Made by a program: the position numbers and the translations under genes. A DNA stretch of 20,000 nucleotides. It comes from Chiloscyllium plagiosum (taxonomy: Eukaryota). Under the pieces are notes generated by a model. It worked only from the letters and a program-made list of their open reading frames with translations, made no database searches and had not been told where the DNA came from. The stretch is taken from assembly GCF_004010195.1 (NCBI RefSeq), contig NC_057718.1:73316462-73336461 (forward strand), given 5' to 3'. Positions 8,240 to 19,737 of this stretch are shown piece by piece (position 1 is the first letter of the stretch; each line of letters opens with the position of its first letter).

Positions 8240-9786
8240 ATGATATCAAAGGAATTTGCTCTAAGGCTGAAAATAGTGCATTTGTTGAAGGAGATTTAGT
8301 GAATTACATTCATCTGGGAAAGTTGAAAGTACTCCAACATTCTCCTGCCATATGCCTTGTAGATGATGGACAGGCTTTAGGAATTTAGAAATGTACCTAT
8401 TCACAGCCTCTGACAAATTCTTGTAGCCACAGTTTCATGAAACAATTCTAAAGGTCCAGTTAAAAATTCCATTTGGAGCTATATATATTACGTATTGAAA
8501 ATACATGAAAGCTACAGTCAACAAAAAGTTGTAAGTTTGCCAAAATTATTCCAGGAATGGGAAAATTATAGACATGATGAAAGACTGGCTCTAAGGAATA
8601 AAATAATAAATTTGAAATGAGGTGTTAAAACATGATGCTAAGATTTCCATATACAGACAATAAAACAAATGAAGAGGAACTTGAAATTGCAAGAAGAAAA
8701 AGAATTCCAGAAAGTGACATCTAGAAAAGACAATATCAGCATTTGCTCGGAAATGAAAAGCTACGGAGTTCTCTTCTGGAGAGTGTGATATTATAAACTT
8801 CAGAACTTTAACAACTTTTCATGGATTGAACGAAGCAGCAATAATTCTTTCTGGTTTAAACGTTTAAGCGACAAGGGCAAACAACTGAAAGTGATTAGCC
8901 AAGTCTGACAAAATGAACAAAACTGTGTGACACCTGCTTGATATCTGGCTGCCTTAGGCCACAAGGACATCTGATTGCCCTACAGAAGAACTTAAGGAGT
9001 TAGCTGCAGGAAAGCTGTGTCTTTCTTCCTACAGATATTTCACAAGGAGCAAAGAAGTTACTTCTGATAAAAAGGCAGGCTTGCAATATCTTGGATGAAA
9101 AAAATCTAAAAGATCATCGATAATATCACCCCATAGACCTGAAGGATGAAAATCTGTATAACAATCCAATACCAGAACTCTTCTTCAGTAGAACTTCAAA
9201 GGATAACACTGCATAAGGATCAAATCCTGGACGTTAGAGAACAATGTTGGTTGGAATCGTAGGTAAATTCCACCATTAATTGGGTAATGGTCAAGCTGAG
9301 TCATGAGGCTAAACTTGCTTACTTGAAGGGTCTTATTTTGGTAGCTACATGCAATAAAGATTAAATCATTGTTTCAGTACTTGATTGTGAGAGTTCATAA
9401 TGTGTAGCTGGCTTAAAGATAACTTGTGATTTACCCACAACAAGGGCAAATTGCAAGGTAGCAGAAAAGGCATAGTTGCAGAAAAACTCTAGTGGCTGTG
9501 TGAGGATGAAACAAGACAGACCAGTATGGCATACCAATACAGCAGATCTCCTGGCAGGAGTAGCTACTGCAATAGACAAGCAGGAGGCTGGAAATCAATA
9601 TTTCAGGTGTAACTCTTCTTCAAGTCTTGCCAAGGCAAAATTTCCTTTCTGCAGTGTGTTAGACTAAGATTGGAGGAATGCAATGTTCTTGTAATGCTAA
9701 TAGTCCACGGATCACAACACCAAGTTAAAATAATGAGTTTTGAGAAGATTTGCAGCTCAGGTTTGCTCGCTGAGCTGGAAGGTTCA

Positions 9787-9830
9787 TTTCCAGACGTTTC
9801 ATCACCCTACTAGGTAACATCTTCAGTGGG
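9787..9830 (-). ncRNA. Minimal type-I hammerhead ribozyme motif in the Penelope terminal repeat
   Basis: Minus strand reads CCA-CUGAAGA-U-GUUACC-UAGUAG-GGUGAU-GAAAC-GUC-UGG: both core boxes, stem II, CCA/UGG stem I and a palindromic ACGU stem III. Confidence 0.75.
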
Positions 9831-11976
9831 CCTCAGGTGAAGCACTGTACATGGTTCCTGCTTTCTATTTATATGTTTGGGTTTCTTTGGGTTGGTGATG
9901 TCATTTCCTGTGGTGATGCAATTTCCTGTTCTTTTTCTCAGGGGGTGTAGATGGGGTCTAACTCGGTGTGTTTTTTGATAGAGTTCCGGTTGGAATGCCA
10001 TGCTTCTAGGAATTCTCGATGTGTGTGTCTCTGTTTGGCTTGTCCTAAGATGGATGTGTTGTCCCAGTCAAAGTGGTGTCCTTCCTCATCTGTAGGTAAG
10101 GATATGAGTGAGAGAGGGTCATGTCGTTTTGTGGCTAGTTGGTTTTCACGTATCCTGGTGCTAGTTTTCTGCCTGTTTGTCCAATGTAGTGTTTGTTACA
10201 GTTCTTGCATGGTATTCTGTAATGACATTAGTTTGGCTTGTTGTCTGTATAGGGTCTTTCAAGTTCATTAGCTGCTGTTTTAGTGTGTTGGTGCATTTGT
10301 GGGCTACCATGATGCCACATTGAGTAGTCTGGCAGTCATTTCCGAGATGTCTTTGATGTAGGGGAGAGTGGTTGGGGTTTCTGGACGCGTTTTATCTGCT
10401 TGTTTGGGCTTGTTGCTGAAAAATCGGCGGACAGTGTTCATTGGGTACCCATTTGTTTTGAATACACGGTATGGGTTATTTTCCTCTGCTCTGCGTAGTT
10501 CCTCTGTGCTGCAGTGTGTGTTGACTTGTTGAAATAATGTTCTGATGCAGCTTCATTTATGGATGTTTGGATGATTGCTTCTGTAGTTCAATATTTGGTC
10601 TGTATGTGTTGTTAATCTGTAGATGCTGGTTTGAAGTTGCCCATTGGCTGTTCGCTCTAATGTGACATCTTGGAATGACAGTTTGCTGTTGTTTTCTTCC
10701 TCTTTAGTGAATTTTATGCCAGTAAGGACAATATTGATGGTCTTGAAGGTTTCCTCTAATTTGTTTCGTTTAGTGATGACAAAGGTGTCATTCGCATGGC
10801 AGACCCAAAGTTTGGGTTGGATAGTTGGCAGAGCTGTTTGTTCGAGTCTATGCATTACTGCCTCTGCTAAGAACTGCCTCTGATATCAGAGATCCCATGG
10901 GTGTTCTTTGGTTTGTCTATAGGCTTAGTTGTTGAAGGTGAAGTGTGTGGTAAGGCATAGGTCCAGTAGGTTGACGATACTGTCCTTGCTGATTAAGTTA
11001 GTGGTGTTTCGTGTATGTGTCTTTGGGTCTTCTAATAATGTAGTCAGTGTTTACCAGGCCAGGTTAATGTTGATTGATGTAAACAGGGTTGTTACATCAA
11101 AGGAGACCATTATTTAATCCTCTTCTGTTTTAGTGTCTTTGATGGTCTTCAGGAATTCTTGGGTGGAGTGGATGGAGTGGCGTGAGTCTTCTACTAAGCA
11201 TTTTAGTCTTTGGTGTAGCTCCTTGGCTAATCTGTAAGTTGGTGTTCCAGGTAGTAAGACTATGGGTCTGAGGGGGGCTCCAGGTTTGTGAATTTTGGGT
11301 AATTCTTAGAAGGATATTGTGTTGGATCTGTTTGGTTTCATTTTTTGGAAGTCAGTCTTATTTATTTCTCCAGATTTCTGAAGGTTTTTGAGTAAGGCTG
11401 TGATTCAGTTCTCTAGTTGTGGGGTTGGGTCTATCACCACTTGTAGGTAAGTGTTGGTATTTCAATGTAGTCTCTTCAATTTAGAATGACTGTCAAGCAT
11501 CCTTTGTCTGCAGGTAGGATAACAATATTTTTATCTTTTTTTAGTCTTTCCAGTGCTTTCCTTTCTTGTGTGTTGAGTGTGTTTCCTTCCTTTTTTCTGC
11601 TTAATGTTGGTGCAACTACCTGTCTGATGGCTTGCTGGGTTTCTTCTGTGAGTTGATTGTCTTTTAGTGTTGTTTCTAATGCTGCTAAGAAATTTTTCTT
11701 GTCCGCATCCTGGCAGTTGTAATTTAATCCTCTTACTAAGATGGCTTTTTCAGCGTCTGTTAAGGGTCAGTCAGATAAGTTTTTTATCCATGCTTCTGTG
11801 TTGTCAGTGTTGTTACTTTGTGTAAGTTTGTCTAGTTTCTAGTTATTTACAAAATACTGTGCAAGAACTATAACATCACAGGAAATGACATCACCACAAG
11901 AAATGACATCACCAACCCAAATAACCCCAAACATATAAATAGAAAGCAGGAATTTTCAGCATTGCTTTGCCTGAGG

Positions 11977-12018
11977 CCCACAGATGATGTTACCTAGTAG
12001 AGTGATGAAACATCGGGA
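11977..12018 (+). ncRNA. Degenerate hammerhead motif in the inverted terminal repeat
   Basis: CCCA-CAGAUGA-UGUUACC-UAGUAG-AGUGAU-GAAAC-AUC-GGG. Core mutated (CAG for CUG, AUC for GUC), so probably inactive. Confidence 0.6.
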
Positions 12019-13188
12019 AATGAAACTTTCAGCTCAGCGAGCAAACCTACATCCATAAAATAAAAATATTTTTTCTAGTTACTTAAATGACCAAGTGCAT
12101 ATCTATCTATGACAGGTTTTAAATAAAAAAATCTATCAGCCAGGTTTCTTAATAAACACATTTTTTTTAATCGAAACGAAAGTAATTTATTGAAGTCACA
12201 GTAATTAGTTAACATACTCAGCAGTAAAGATGTGTAAATGTGTGTTACTCTGAATATTGGAAATCTAATAAAAAAACAGATTTTGCTGCAGAGATTGGCT
12301 TTCTGGAAAAAAAAAGCACTTTGATCAATGGATTATTCTTAAAGGCAAAACAAAAAAGTGCAGAATATTCTGGAGTCTATTGCTCTGATGTTCTGTTTTG
12401 TATGGTCGAATTATTATTATTCGCAGTTGTCTCTGAAGTCCTGCAGTCACAGCTTGATTAAGAAATCTAATCTTGAGATTTTTTTCTATAATCGCTCACT
12501 CAAAAGAATGATTAGGTTTCACCCTGAAGGAGGGTTTTCCTTTCAGAAATGAAAGTGATCATCTGAGCAACCGTCCTTTGCAAGCTTTCCTCCAACTCAA
12601 CTTCCTTAGTAATGTTCCTCTAAACTAACATGCTTTGCGCAGCTTCTTTTTGATTCCATTTGTTCTTAACATTAAATTTAAATAACTAAATATTTGTTTC
12701 CAGCAAGGTCAAGTGGAACTGCAGAAGGGGCTCACATTTCAAACATTATCAACTGAACCTATTGGCTCAAATAGAATTATTTGTGTCTTATAGAGGAGCA
12801 ATGTTTTTGCAGTTAGACTTATCAGGGCATTCCGGAAATCAGTGCACCACTGAGAGTAGAAGAGCATACAGCTGTACATGAAGATAGGAAGAATGATTCC
12901 AGTGATAATGAGGTGACAGCTGTCTTCCCATGCAGCTGGCTTTTGACATTTCGAGGCCGCTTCTGATTTACTTTTATCAGTCTTTCTTCTAATATTGTTT
13001 TATCGTTAATTTTTGTCAATTATTTCATTATTTTCTTTTTTCTCTCTACCGTATAACTATAAGAGTCATTGGATTTCCCTACGTGAACTTCCAAAAATGT
13101 GATGATCAGAAGAAATCTAGGATGACTAGGAGTTATCAGGTGGATCATATACATGAGAAATGTTGAGTGCCTAACTGATAAGAGATGT

Positions 13189-13352
13189 AAAATCAGACAT
13201 TGCTTGGTCTGGCAGCATATGTGAAAAGAAAGCAGAGTCAACTGTTTATGATTCAGTGATCCTCCTGCATCACTGTACCCAAAATGTTAACTCTGTTTTC
13301 TCTCCGCTGTTGCTGCCAGGCCTATTGAGTTTTTCCAGCAATTTCTGAATTT
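13189..13352. repeat. Imperfect palindromic (MITE-like) element related to Penelope-type terminal sequence
   Basis: Arm pairs GGTCTGGCAGCA/TGCTGCCAGGCC, GAAAGCAGAGTCAAC/GTTAACTCTGTTTTC and CAGTGAT/ATCACTG. The left arm resembles GGTCAGGCAGAATC at 19804-19817. Confidence 0.7.
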
Positions 13353-13799
13353 ATTTCTGATTTCTCGCATATGCAATTTTTTTTTGGATAAGGAATGCAT
13401 ACCAAATCCTCAGGTAGAAATGATTGGTCTTGCTTTGAAAGGATGTCAGCACTTGACAACCAGCGCAATGGTACATAAAAGTGAGAAAACTTGAGCCAGT
13501 GCGATGCTGGATGGCTATTCTGAAGCATCCCAGTCATACCATAGCTTGATTTCATAGATGTTGCATAAAATAAGTTATGGCACTGTAATGAACAAAATAG
13601 CTTCATAGCCAAATAAATACTTCTGAAGTGTAGTCATGTTGTAATGCAGTAGGATTCATAGGTTCATGCAGTGTAGCAAAGGTCCTTCCACCCAACTGAC
13701 ATAACAACCAATAAAATCTGCCTTCTTTCAATCCAAAGCTGTCTTTTGCAGGCCAGCCTTTTCGGTGTCTAGAACAAATTTTAACCATACTGTATTGTG

Positions 13800-14148
13800 A
13801 TCATTATCACCTAAATGTTTCCTCACTACTTCATCGAACAGTTATCCAGCTTCTTTCCTCAGAACCAGATCCAGCACTGGTCTATCCCTTATTGAGTCTT
13901 CTTCGTATTGATACAAAAACTTCCCTGGATATTTTTCAAGAAATCTGCCCCTTCTAAATCCTTAACACTATGACTATCCCAATTTATATTGGGAAAGTTG
14001 AAATCCCCTTGTATAATTATCCCCTAGTATAATTATCATCTGACACACCTCTGTGAACTATTTACATATTTGCTCCTGTATTTCCCGCTGACTTTCTGGG
14101 AGCCTATAATACACTCCCAGTAGGGTAGATGCACCCTTAGCATTCCTA
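13800..14148 (-). mobile_element. CR1 LINE fragment (APE endonuclease region)
   Basis: Minus-strand LGVYYRLPESQREIQEQIC and GDFNFPNINWD motifs. Confidence 0.8.
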
Positions 14149-14149
14149 A

Positions 14150-14371
14150 GTTTAGATTAGATTGCATACAGTATGGAAACAGGCCCTTCAGCCCAAGAAG
14201 TCCGCACTGACCCTCTGAAGAGTAACCCACCCAGACCCATTACCCTACCTTACATTTAGCCCTGACTAATGCACCTAACACTATGGGCAATTTAGCATGG
14301 CCAATTCACCTAACCTGCACATCTTTGTATTGTGGAAGGAAACTAGAGCACCTGGAAGAAACCCATGCAGA
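14150..14371 (-). mobile_element. 5'-truncated HE1-type SINE
   Basis: Aligns by eye to 7915-8132; lacks the tRNA-derived head. Confidence 0.9.
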
Positions 14372-14374
14372 GGA

Positions 14375-14538
14375 AATTGATGGGATTGAAGGTTGAATAT
14401 TCTTTAGGTCTTGACAGTCTACATCTCAGAATATCTAAGGAAGGGGCCCTAGAAATAATGGTTACATAGGTCATCATCTTCCAAGATAGTACAGACTCTT
14501 GAATAGTTTCAACAGGTTGGAAGGTAGCTAATATAATC
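14375..14538 (+). mobile_element. CR1 LINE RT fragment (left part of an interrupted copy)
   Basis: LMGLKVEYSLGLDSLHLRISKE...VIIFQDS...WKVANI, a decayed PGPDxxHPRVLKE...WKVANV. Confidence 0.75.
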
Positions 14539-14542
14539 TATC

Positions 14543-17500
14543 AGACCATAAGAAATAGGAACATGAGTAGGCCATGCAGTCATTCAAGCCTGTTCCACCA
14601 TTCAATGAGATTGTAACTGATCCAATATTCCTCATCTCCACTCCCCTGCATTATCCCCATTACTTTTAATTCTCAACTGATCAAGGATTAATCTATCTCA
14701 GCCTTTAATGTGCACAGGGCCTTGTCCATCACAGTTTTCTGTGGAAAAGAGTTCTGATGACTGACAACCCTCTGAGAGAAGAAATTCTTCCTCATCTTAG
14801 ACTTTTTGCATCCTTTTATTCTGAGACTATGCACCCTCACCTCTCCCCCAGCCCCACCACTGTCCTAGACTCATCCATGAGGGGAAACATCCTCTCAGCA
14901 TTTACCCTGTCAAGTCCCTTAAGAATCCTATTTGTTTCAATGAGATGACTTCTTATTCTTTTAAACTCCTTTGCTCATAAGACTATCTCTCCACACTAAG
15001 GATCATCCTCATGAACCTTCCCTGATCAGCATCCAGTGAAATGATATTTTTCCTTGAATACAGGGACCAAAACCGATCATAGTACCCAAGAATTAGTCTC
15101 ATCAGCACCTTGTGCAGTGCAGTAAAACTCCCCACTCTTATACTCCAAACTCTTCCTGAATATCTGCTGCACCTGTGTGATAGCTTTCTGTGTCTTATAT
15201 ACCAGTCCCCCAAATCCCTTTGTGTTGTGGCTTTCTCAATTTAAGTAATGTCCTGTCCTTTTGTTCTCCCTTCCAAAATGAGCAACTTCACACTTGCCTG
15301 CGTTATACTCCACTTGTCAATTTGTTTGCCCACTTAATTGACATCTGTCTCTCACTGTAAACTGTTAGTATACTTCTTGCAACTTGCCTTTCAACCTTTT
15401 TTTGTGTTGTCTGCAAATTTGGCAACAGTACATTAGCTTCCTTCCTCCAAGACATTTATATTTATTGTAAGCAGTTGTGGCCCCAGCACTTTGCCCTCCT
15501 AGTTTATTTTCTCTGTCTTTATTATCTTTTTCACAGTACATTCGCTTCCTTCCTCCAAGACATTTATATTTATTGTAAGCAGTTGTGGCCCCCAGCACTT
15601 TGCCCTCCTAGTTTATTTTCTCTGTCTTTATTATCTTTTTCCTCCCTTGCTAGATTTGGAATTTGCCTTCATGGCTCTCATTGACGAATGCCTCCTTATC
15701 TCCTTTATCTTTCAATTTAATACTATCCTTAACTTCCTTGGTTAACCATGGTTGATTTATCCCTCTAGAACCCCAATAGTTACAGGTTGCCTACCTGAAA
15801 AAGAATGCCTGATCTCTATTTGCTGTTTCCTGCCCATTAGCTGATTCTCTATCCATACCAATATTCGGCCTCTAATATCATGTCTCATATCTTATAGCTT
15901 AACCTTTTGTGAAGTACCTTGTTGAACATCTTCTGGAAGTCCCTGTATAACACATCTACAAGTGCTCCACTATCCACTCTGATTACAAATTCCTCAAATA
16001 TCGAATAAGTTAGTCAGATACAATTTCCCTTTCATGAAGCATGCTGATTCTGTTTGATTAGATTATGATTTTCCAAACGTTCTGCTATTACTTCCTTAAT
16101 AATTGATTCCAATACTTTTCCAAAAATAGATGTTAGGCTAATCAGCCAAAACCATTTTTTTGTCTCCCTCCCTTTCCAGTGCTCTGGTACTTCCCCAGAA
16201 TTCAAGGATTTTTGGAATATTACAATCAATGCATTTACCATCCCCGAGGCTACCTTTTTTAGGAACCAAAGATGCAAGTAATCAAGGGCAAGGGACTTTT
16301 CTGGCTTTAGCACCAATAATTTGTCTCATATTACTTATGTCATGGTTGTGATGGCATTGATTCATCCTCTACATTCTTTAGTATTAATGGGATGTTCGAA
16401 GTAGGTATTCCATCATGGGGATTAATGCAAAATATCTGTTTAACTCCTCTGCCATTTCCTTGTTGCGCATAACTGTCTCATCCAACTCAATTTCTGGGGA
16501 CTGATTTTCACTTTGACCTTTCCTTCCTTACATATTTGAAGAAGCTCTTTTATGTCAGTTTTTATATTCCTCACTGGTTATCCCTCCTACTTTGTTTTCT
16601 CTGCCACTATTAACTGTTTCCTGCTTTGCTGGATGCTCAACTTGTCCTCGTCTTCATGGCTCTCATTGACTTTTGCCTCCTTATATCCTGTATCTTTCAA
16701 TTTAATGCTATCCTTAACTTCCTTGGTTAGCCATGGTTGATTTACCCTTCTCTCAGGAACCTTTCTCCTTATTGGGATTTCTTTTTGCTGAGAATCATGG
16801 ATTATCTCCTTAAATATCTGCCACTGCTGGCTTAGTATCATTCCTGCGAATCTATCTGCCTGTTCACTTTAGCCAGCTGTATTCTAATTTCACTGTAATT
16901 CCCTTTATTCACATTAAACACAATTGTTTCTGACCCGTGTTTCTCACTCTCAAAATGAATGTTAAATTCTATCATGTTATGATAGTTACTTCCGAAGAGA
17001 TGTTTTACTGAGGTAATTTATTAAAGTACATCATCACATTACCAAATCCAAGGTAGCATACCTTGGCTCCATGACATATTGGACTCAGAAACGATCACTA
17101 ATGTACTCTATGAATTTGTGACCGCAGCTATTCTTTCTAACTTGTTAACCCAAATCAACTTAAAGATTAAAGTCACCCATATTATTACTCTATTCTTTTA
17201 CATTCAACTGTTATTTGTTGACTTGTAGCCTTTCATACAGAGTGGCTACTGCCTGGGGGCCTATACACTACCCCCACCATTTTCTTTCCCTACATTATCT
17301 GAACGTACAATATCTATTGCAACTGTTCTCATTTCATCTATTGTTAAGAGTGCTATCCCACCAACGTTTCTATCCCTCCTGTCTTTCTGAAAGATCACAT
17401 TTCCCTGAATGTTACATTTCTAGTTTTTATCTCCTTCTTAGCATCTTTCTGTGGTAGCTATGAGATCACATTCATTTATCGTGCTTTGTGGCATTAGTTC

Positions 17501-17824
17501 ATCTATCTTAGTCCCAATGTTTCGAGCATTTAGATTACATGTCTTTAAATTTGTTCTATCATTGTGTTTCTCTGCGCTTTTATGGTTCCTTGGTGCAGTA
17601 TGACATTCACACGTTCTGATCTTGCCTTTAAGTTTCTGGTAGCAATCAGCCTCATCACTAACTGACAATTCTATCTCCTCCTTTATCTTTGATTTTCTAA
17701 CTCAGTATGCAACTGAGATCTGCAATGCCCTAGTATTTATTTTAAAGCCCTATCTGCTACCCTGGTCATGCAATCCACCAGGACCCTTGTTCCAATTTGA
17801 TTCAGGTGGATTTCATCCCATCAA
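14543..17824 (-). mobile_element. Long decayed CR1 LINE (end of esterase-type ORF1, ORF2 EN-RT, 3' tail)
   Basis: ORF1 end WDEIHLNQIGTRVL (DxxH of the SGNH esterase), EN start NLNARNIGTKIDEL...DLIATTE, PWLTKEVKDSIKLK, RT ISLTSIFGKVLESIIKE...QNQH, and a CR1-type tail (CCTATTTCTTATGGTCT on minus). Many stops and frameshifts. Confidence 0.9.
15425..15641. repeat. 108-bp tandem duplication inside the CR1
   Basis: 15425-15532 and 15533-15641 are near-identical (about one substitution and one indel). Confidence 0.95.
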
Positions 17825-17825
17825 A

Positions 17826-18690
17826 ACAAATCAGTCAGCTCGATATGTGAAAAATGTTAACGTCCGTTATAAAAGAATGAATAGCTAAGCATTGGAAAAC
17901 AGTGACAGGATTAGGCAGAGTCAGATAGATTTACAAAAGGGAAATCATGCTTTAAAAATCTACTGGAATTCTTTGGAAATAGAACTAGCAGAGTTGATGA
18001 GGGGGAGTCAATGCATGATTTCAACAAAGTCCCACGTAAGAGGTTAGTGTGTAAAATTAAAACGTGATTGAGTGTTGTGTACTGAGATGGATAGAAACTG
18101 GTTTTCAGACAGGAAGAAAGAACAGGGCTAAACAAGTCTTTTTCCAAAACCTCATCCATTCATAATATGTACTAATGGTTTGGATGAGGGGACTAAATGT
18201 CATATCTCCACATTAACAGATGACACAAAGCAGGGTGGGAGGGTGCGCTGTGAGGAGGATGCAGAGATGGTTCTGTTGAGTGAGTGAGCAAATGCAGTAT
18301 AATGTGGATAAATGTGAGGCCATCCACTTTGGGAGCAAAACCTGGAAGGCAGATTAATACCTGACTGGCTATAAAGTGAGAGAGGGTAATGTGCAATGAA
18401 ACCTGGGTGTCCTCATACACCAGTTGTTGAAAGTAAGTATGCAGATACATCAGGCAGGAAAGAAGGCAAATGTTATGTTAGTAACAGGATTGAGTACAGG
18501 AGTAGGGGTGTTTTGCTGCAGTTATACGGAGCCTAAGTGAAATCATACCTGGAATATTGCGCGGAGGTTTGGTCTCCTTATCTGAAAAAAAGAAAGTTCT
18601 TGCTTTAGGGGGAGTGCAGTGAAGGTTTATCACACTGATTCATGGTATAGTGGGACTGACATATGAGGAGAGAGGTTGAATTGGGAAGGG
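17826..18690 (+). mobile_element. CR1 LINE RT fragment (right part of the interrupted copy)
   Basis: Decayed FTKGKSCFKNLLEFF, DFNKVPRKRLV, ISTLTDDTK (FADDTK), VDKCEAIHFG and LEYCAEVWSPYLKK. Confidence 0.85.
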
Positions 18691-18737
18691 AAATTTTGTT
18701 GTGGGTACTATAAGTAGGTAAAAATGGTTGGTTATCA

Positions 18738-18866
18738 TGAAAGAAACCAGAGCAGCCAGAGGAAACCCATGTGGACACAGTGAGAACGTGGAAATCCCAC
18801 ATAGACAGTTGCCCAAAAGCTGGAATCAAACCAGGTCCCTGGCACTGTGAGCCATCGTGCTGCCCC
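18738..18866 (-). mobile_element. Degenerate HE1-type SINE head fragment
   Basis: Similar to 8095-8239 (GAAACCAGAGCA..GAGGAAACCCA..ACAGT..GGAATCAAACC), with a deletion in the A-box region. Confidence 0.8.
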
Positions 18867-18914
18867 TAATTCAGCTAGCTGTAATGCAGTTATGATCAAG
18901 AGCAGAGGAGGAAG

Positions 18915-19620
18915 CAGGAAACATGTTTTCACTGCAGAAGGTAGGGCACATTAAGGCAACTGCTTGAGAAGCTGCAGGAAGCCAATGGGGGCCATTGGTA
19001 TTCAGCAAGGAGAAGCTGGAAAAGGAATTAAGGAAGAAAGCACCCTGAGCCAGCCAGTAGTAGTGGCTAAGATAAAAAGACAGTGGTGAATCCTGCAAAG
19101 AAGGTAGAAGGAAACAAAATAAGTGAAGGATACCAGGGATTTTTTCAAAGGATACAGTGAGGCCTTTTACTTCTAAACGAAGGACAAAGCCTATAGCAAT
19201 TTCAAAGAAAATATGAACATCTCAAACTTTACTATCAAAGAACAGTTTAGCTTTTCCAACTGAAAGTCTGATGAAAACCAAGTTACTAAGAAGTAGGGTG
19301 GGAGGAGTATACATTCCAGTTACACAATAAGGCTGGACTACAACATCTTGTTAGGGGATATAACGGTAGGGTGATTCACAATTTGCCAGTCAAAGGAGTA
19401 GATCCGCTGTTAAGAAGTGACCTTGTAGGACTGAAAATTGTTTCCTCACCTTGTAATGGAGGAGCCAGGGGATAGAGATGAGAGAGGAACACTAGAAAAG
19501 GGTGTTCCAGGTATCTTCCTAGCCTGCATAATGACTCAAGCAATAGTTCAGCAGGTAGATTCAATGGAAAAGGTAGCCACACCACAAGCAGCAAGAGGGT
19601 GGCTGAAATTATTATACGGA
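18915..19620 (+). mobile_element. Decayed Gypsy (Gmr1-like) LTR retrotransposon gag-protease relic
   Basis: Frameshifted motifs in the expected order: knuckle CFHC..KVGHIKA.C (from 18924), EGYQGF, KPIAI....TSQTLL (decayed ILRDTGASQSLL), GDITVG/VIHNLPVKGVDPLLRSDLVG and PGIFLACIMTQA. Recognised from memory. Confidence 0.7.
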
Positions 19621-19737
19621 AGGAGAAAGGACGAGAGGGAGTGCTCGAGACACCAATTAATCGACCTACCTTTAAAATAAGAAGGTCTAGGATACATTCT
19701 TAAAAAGTTTTGAAGAGGTCTGGCCTGGTCTATAACA

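Larger units (their letters stand above)
7575..8462 (-). mobile_element. Old LINE 3' fragment (CR1/L2-group shark repeat) interrupted by a SINE and a micro-insertion
   Basis: Recognised from memory as a common shark LINE end (TTGCCCATTCCTAATT...GGTGGTGGT...GAACCACTGCAG; TGCCTTGTAGATGATGGACAGGCTTT). Not verified by search. Confidence 0.5.
9734..12055 (-). mobile_element. Penelope-like element (RT plus GIY-YIG endonuclease), decayed, with an inverted copy of its 3' terminal repeat at the 5' side
   Basis: Minus-strand translation gives IKNLSD...LVRGLNY, IVILPADKG, SFDVTTLFT, WVCHANDTF (decayed RYVDD), IKFTKEEE, IYRLTTHTDQILNYRSNHP and IPCKNCNKHYIGQTGRKL (~10140-10232). 9760-9930 is the reverse complement of ~11873-12048. 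Candidate TSD TAAAATAA at 9726-9733 and 12056-12063. Confidence 0.9.
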
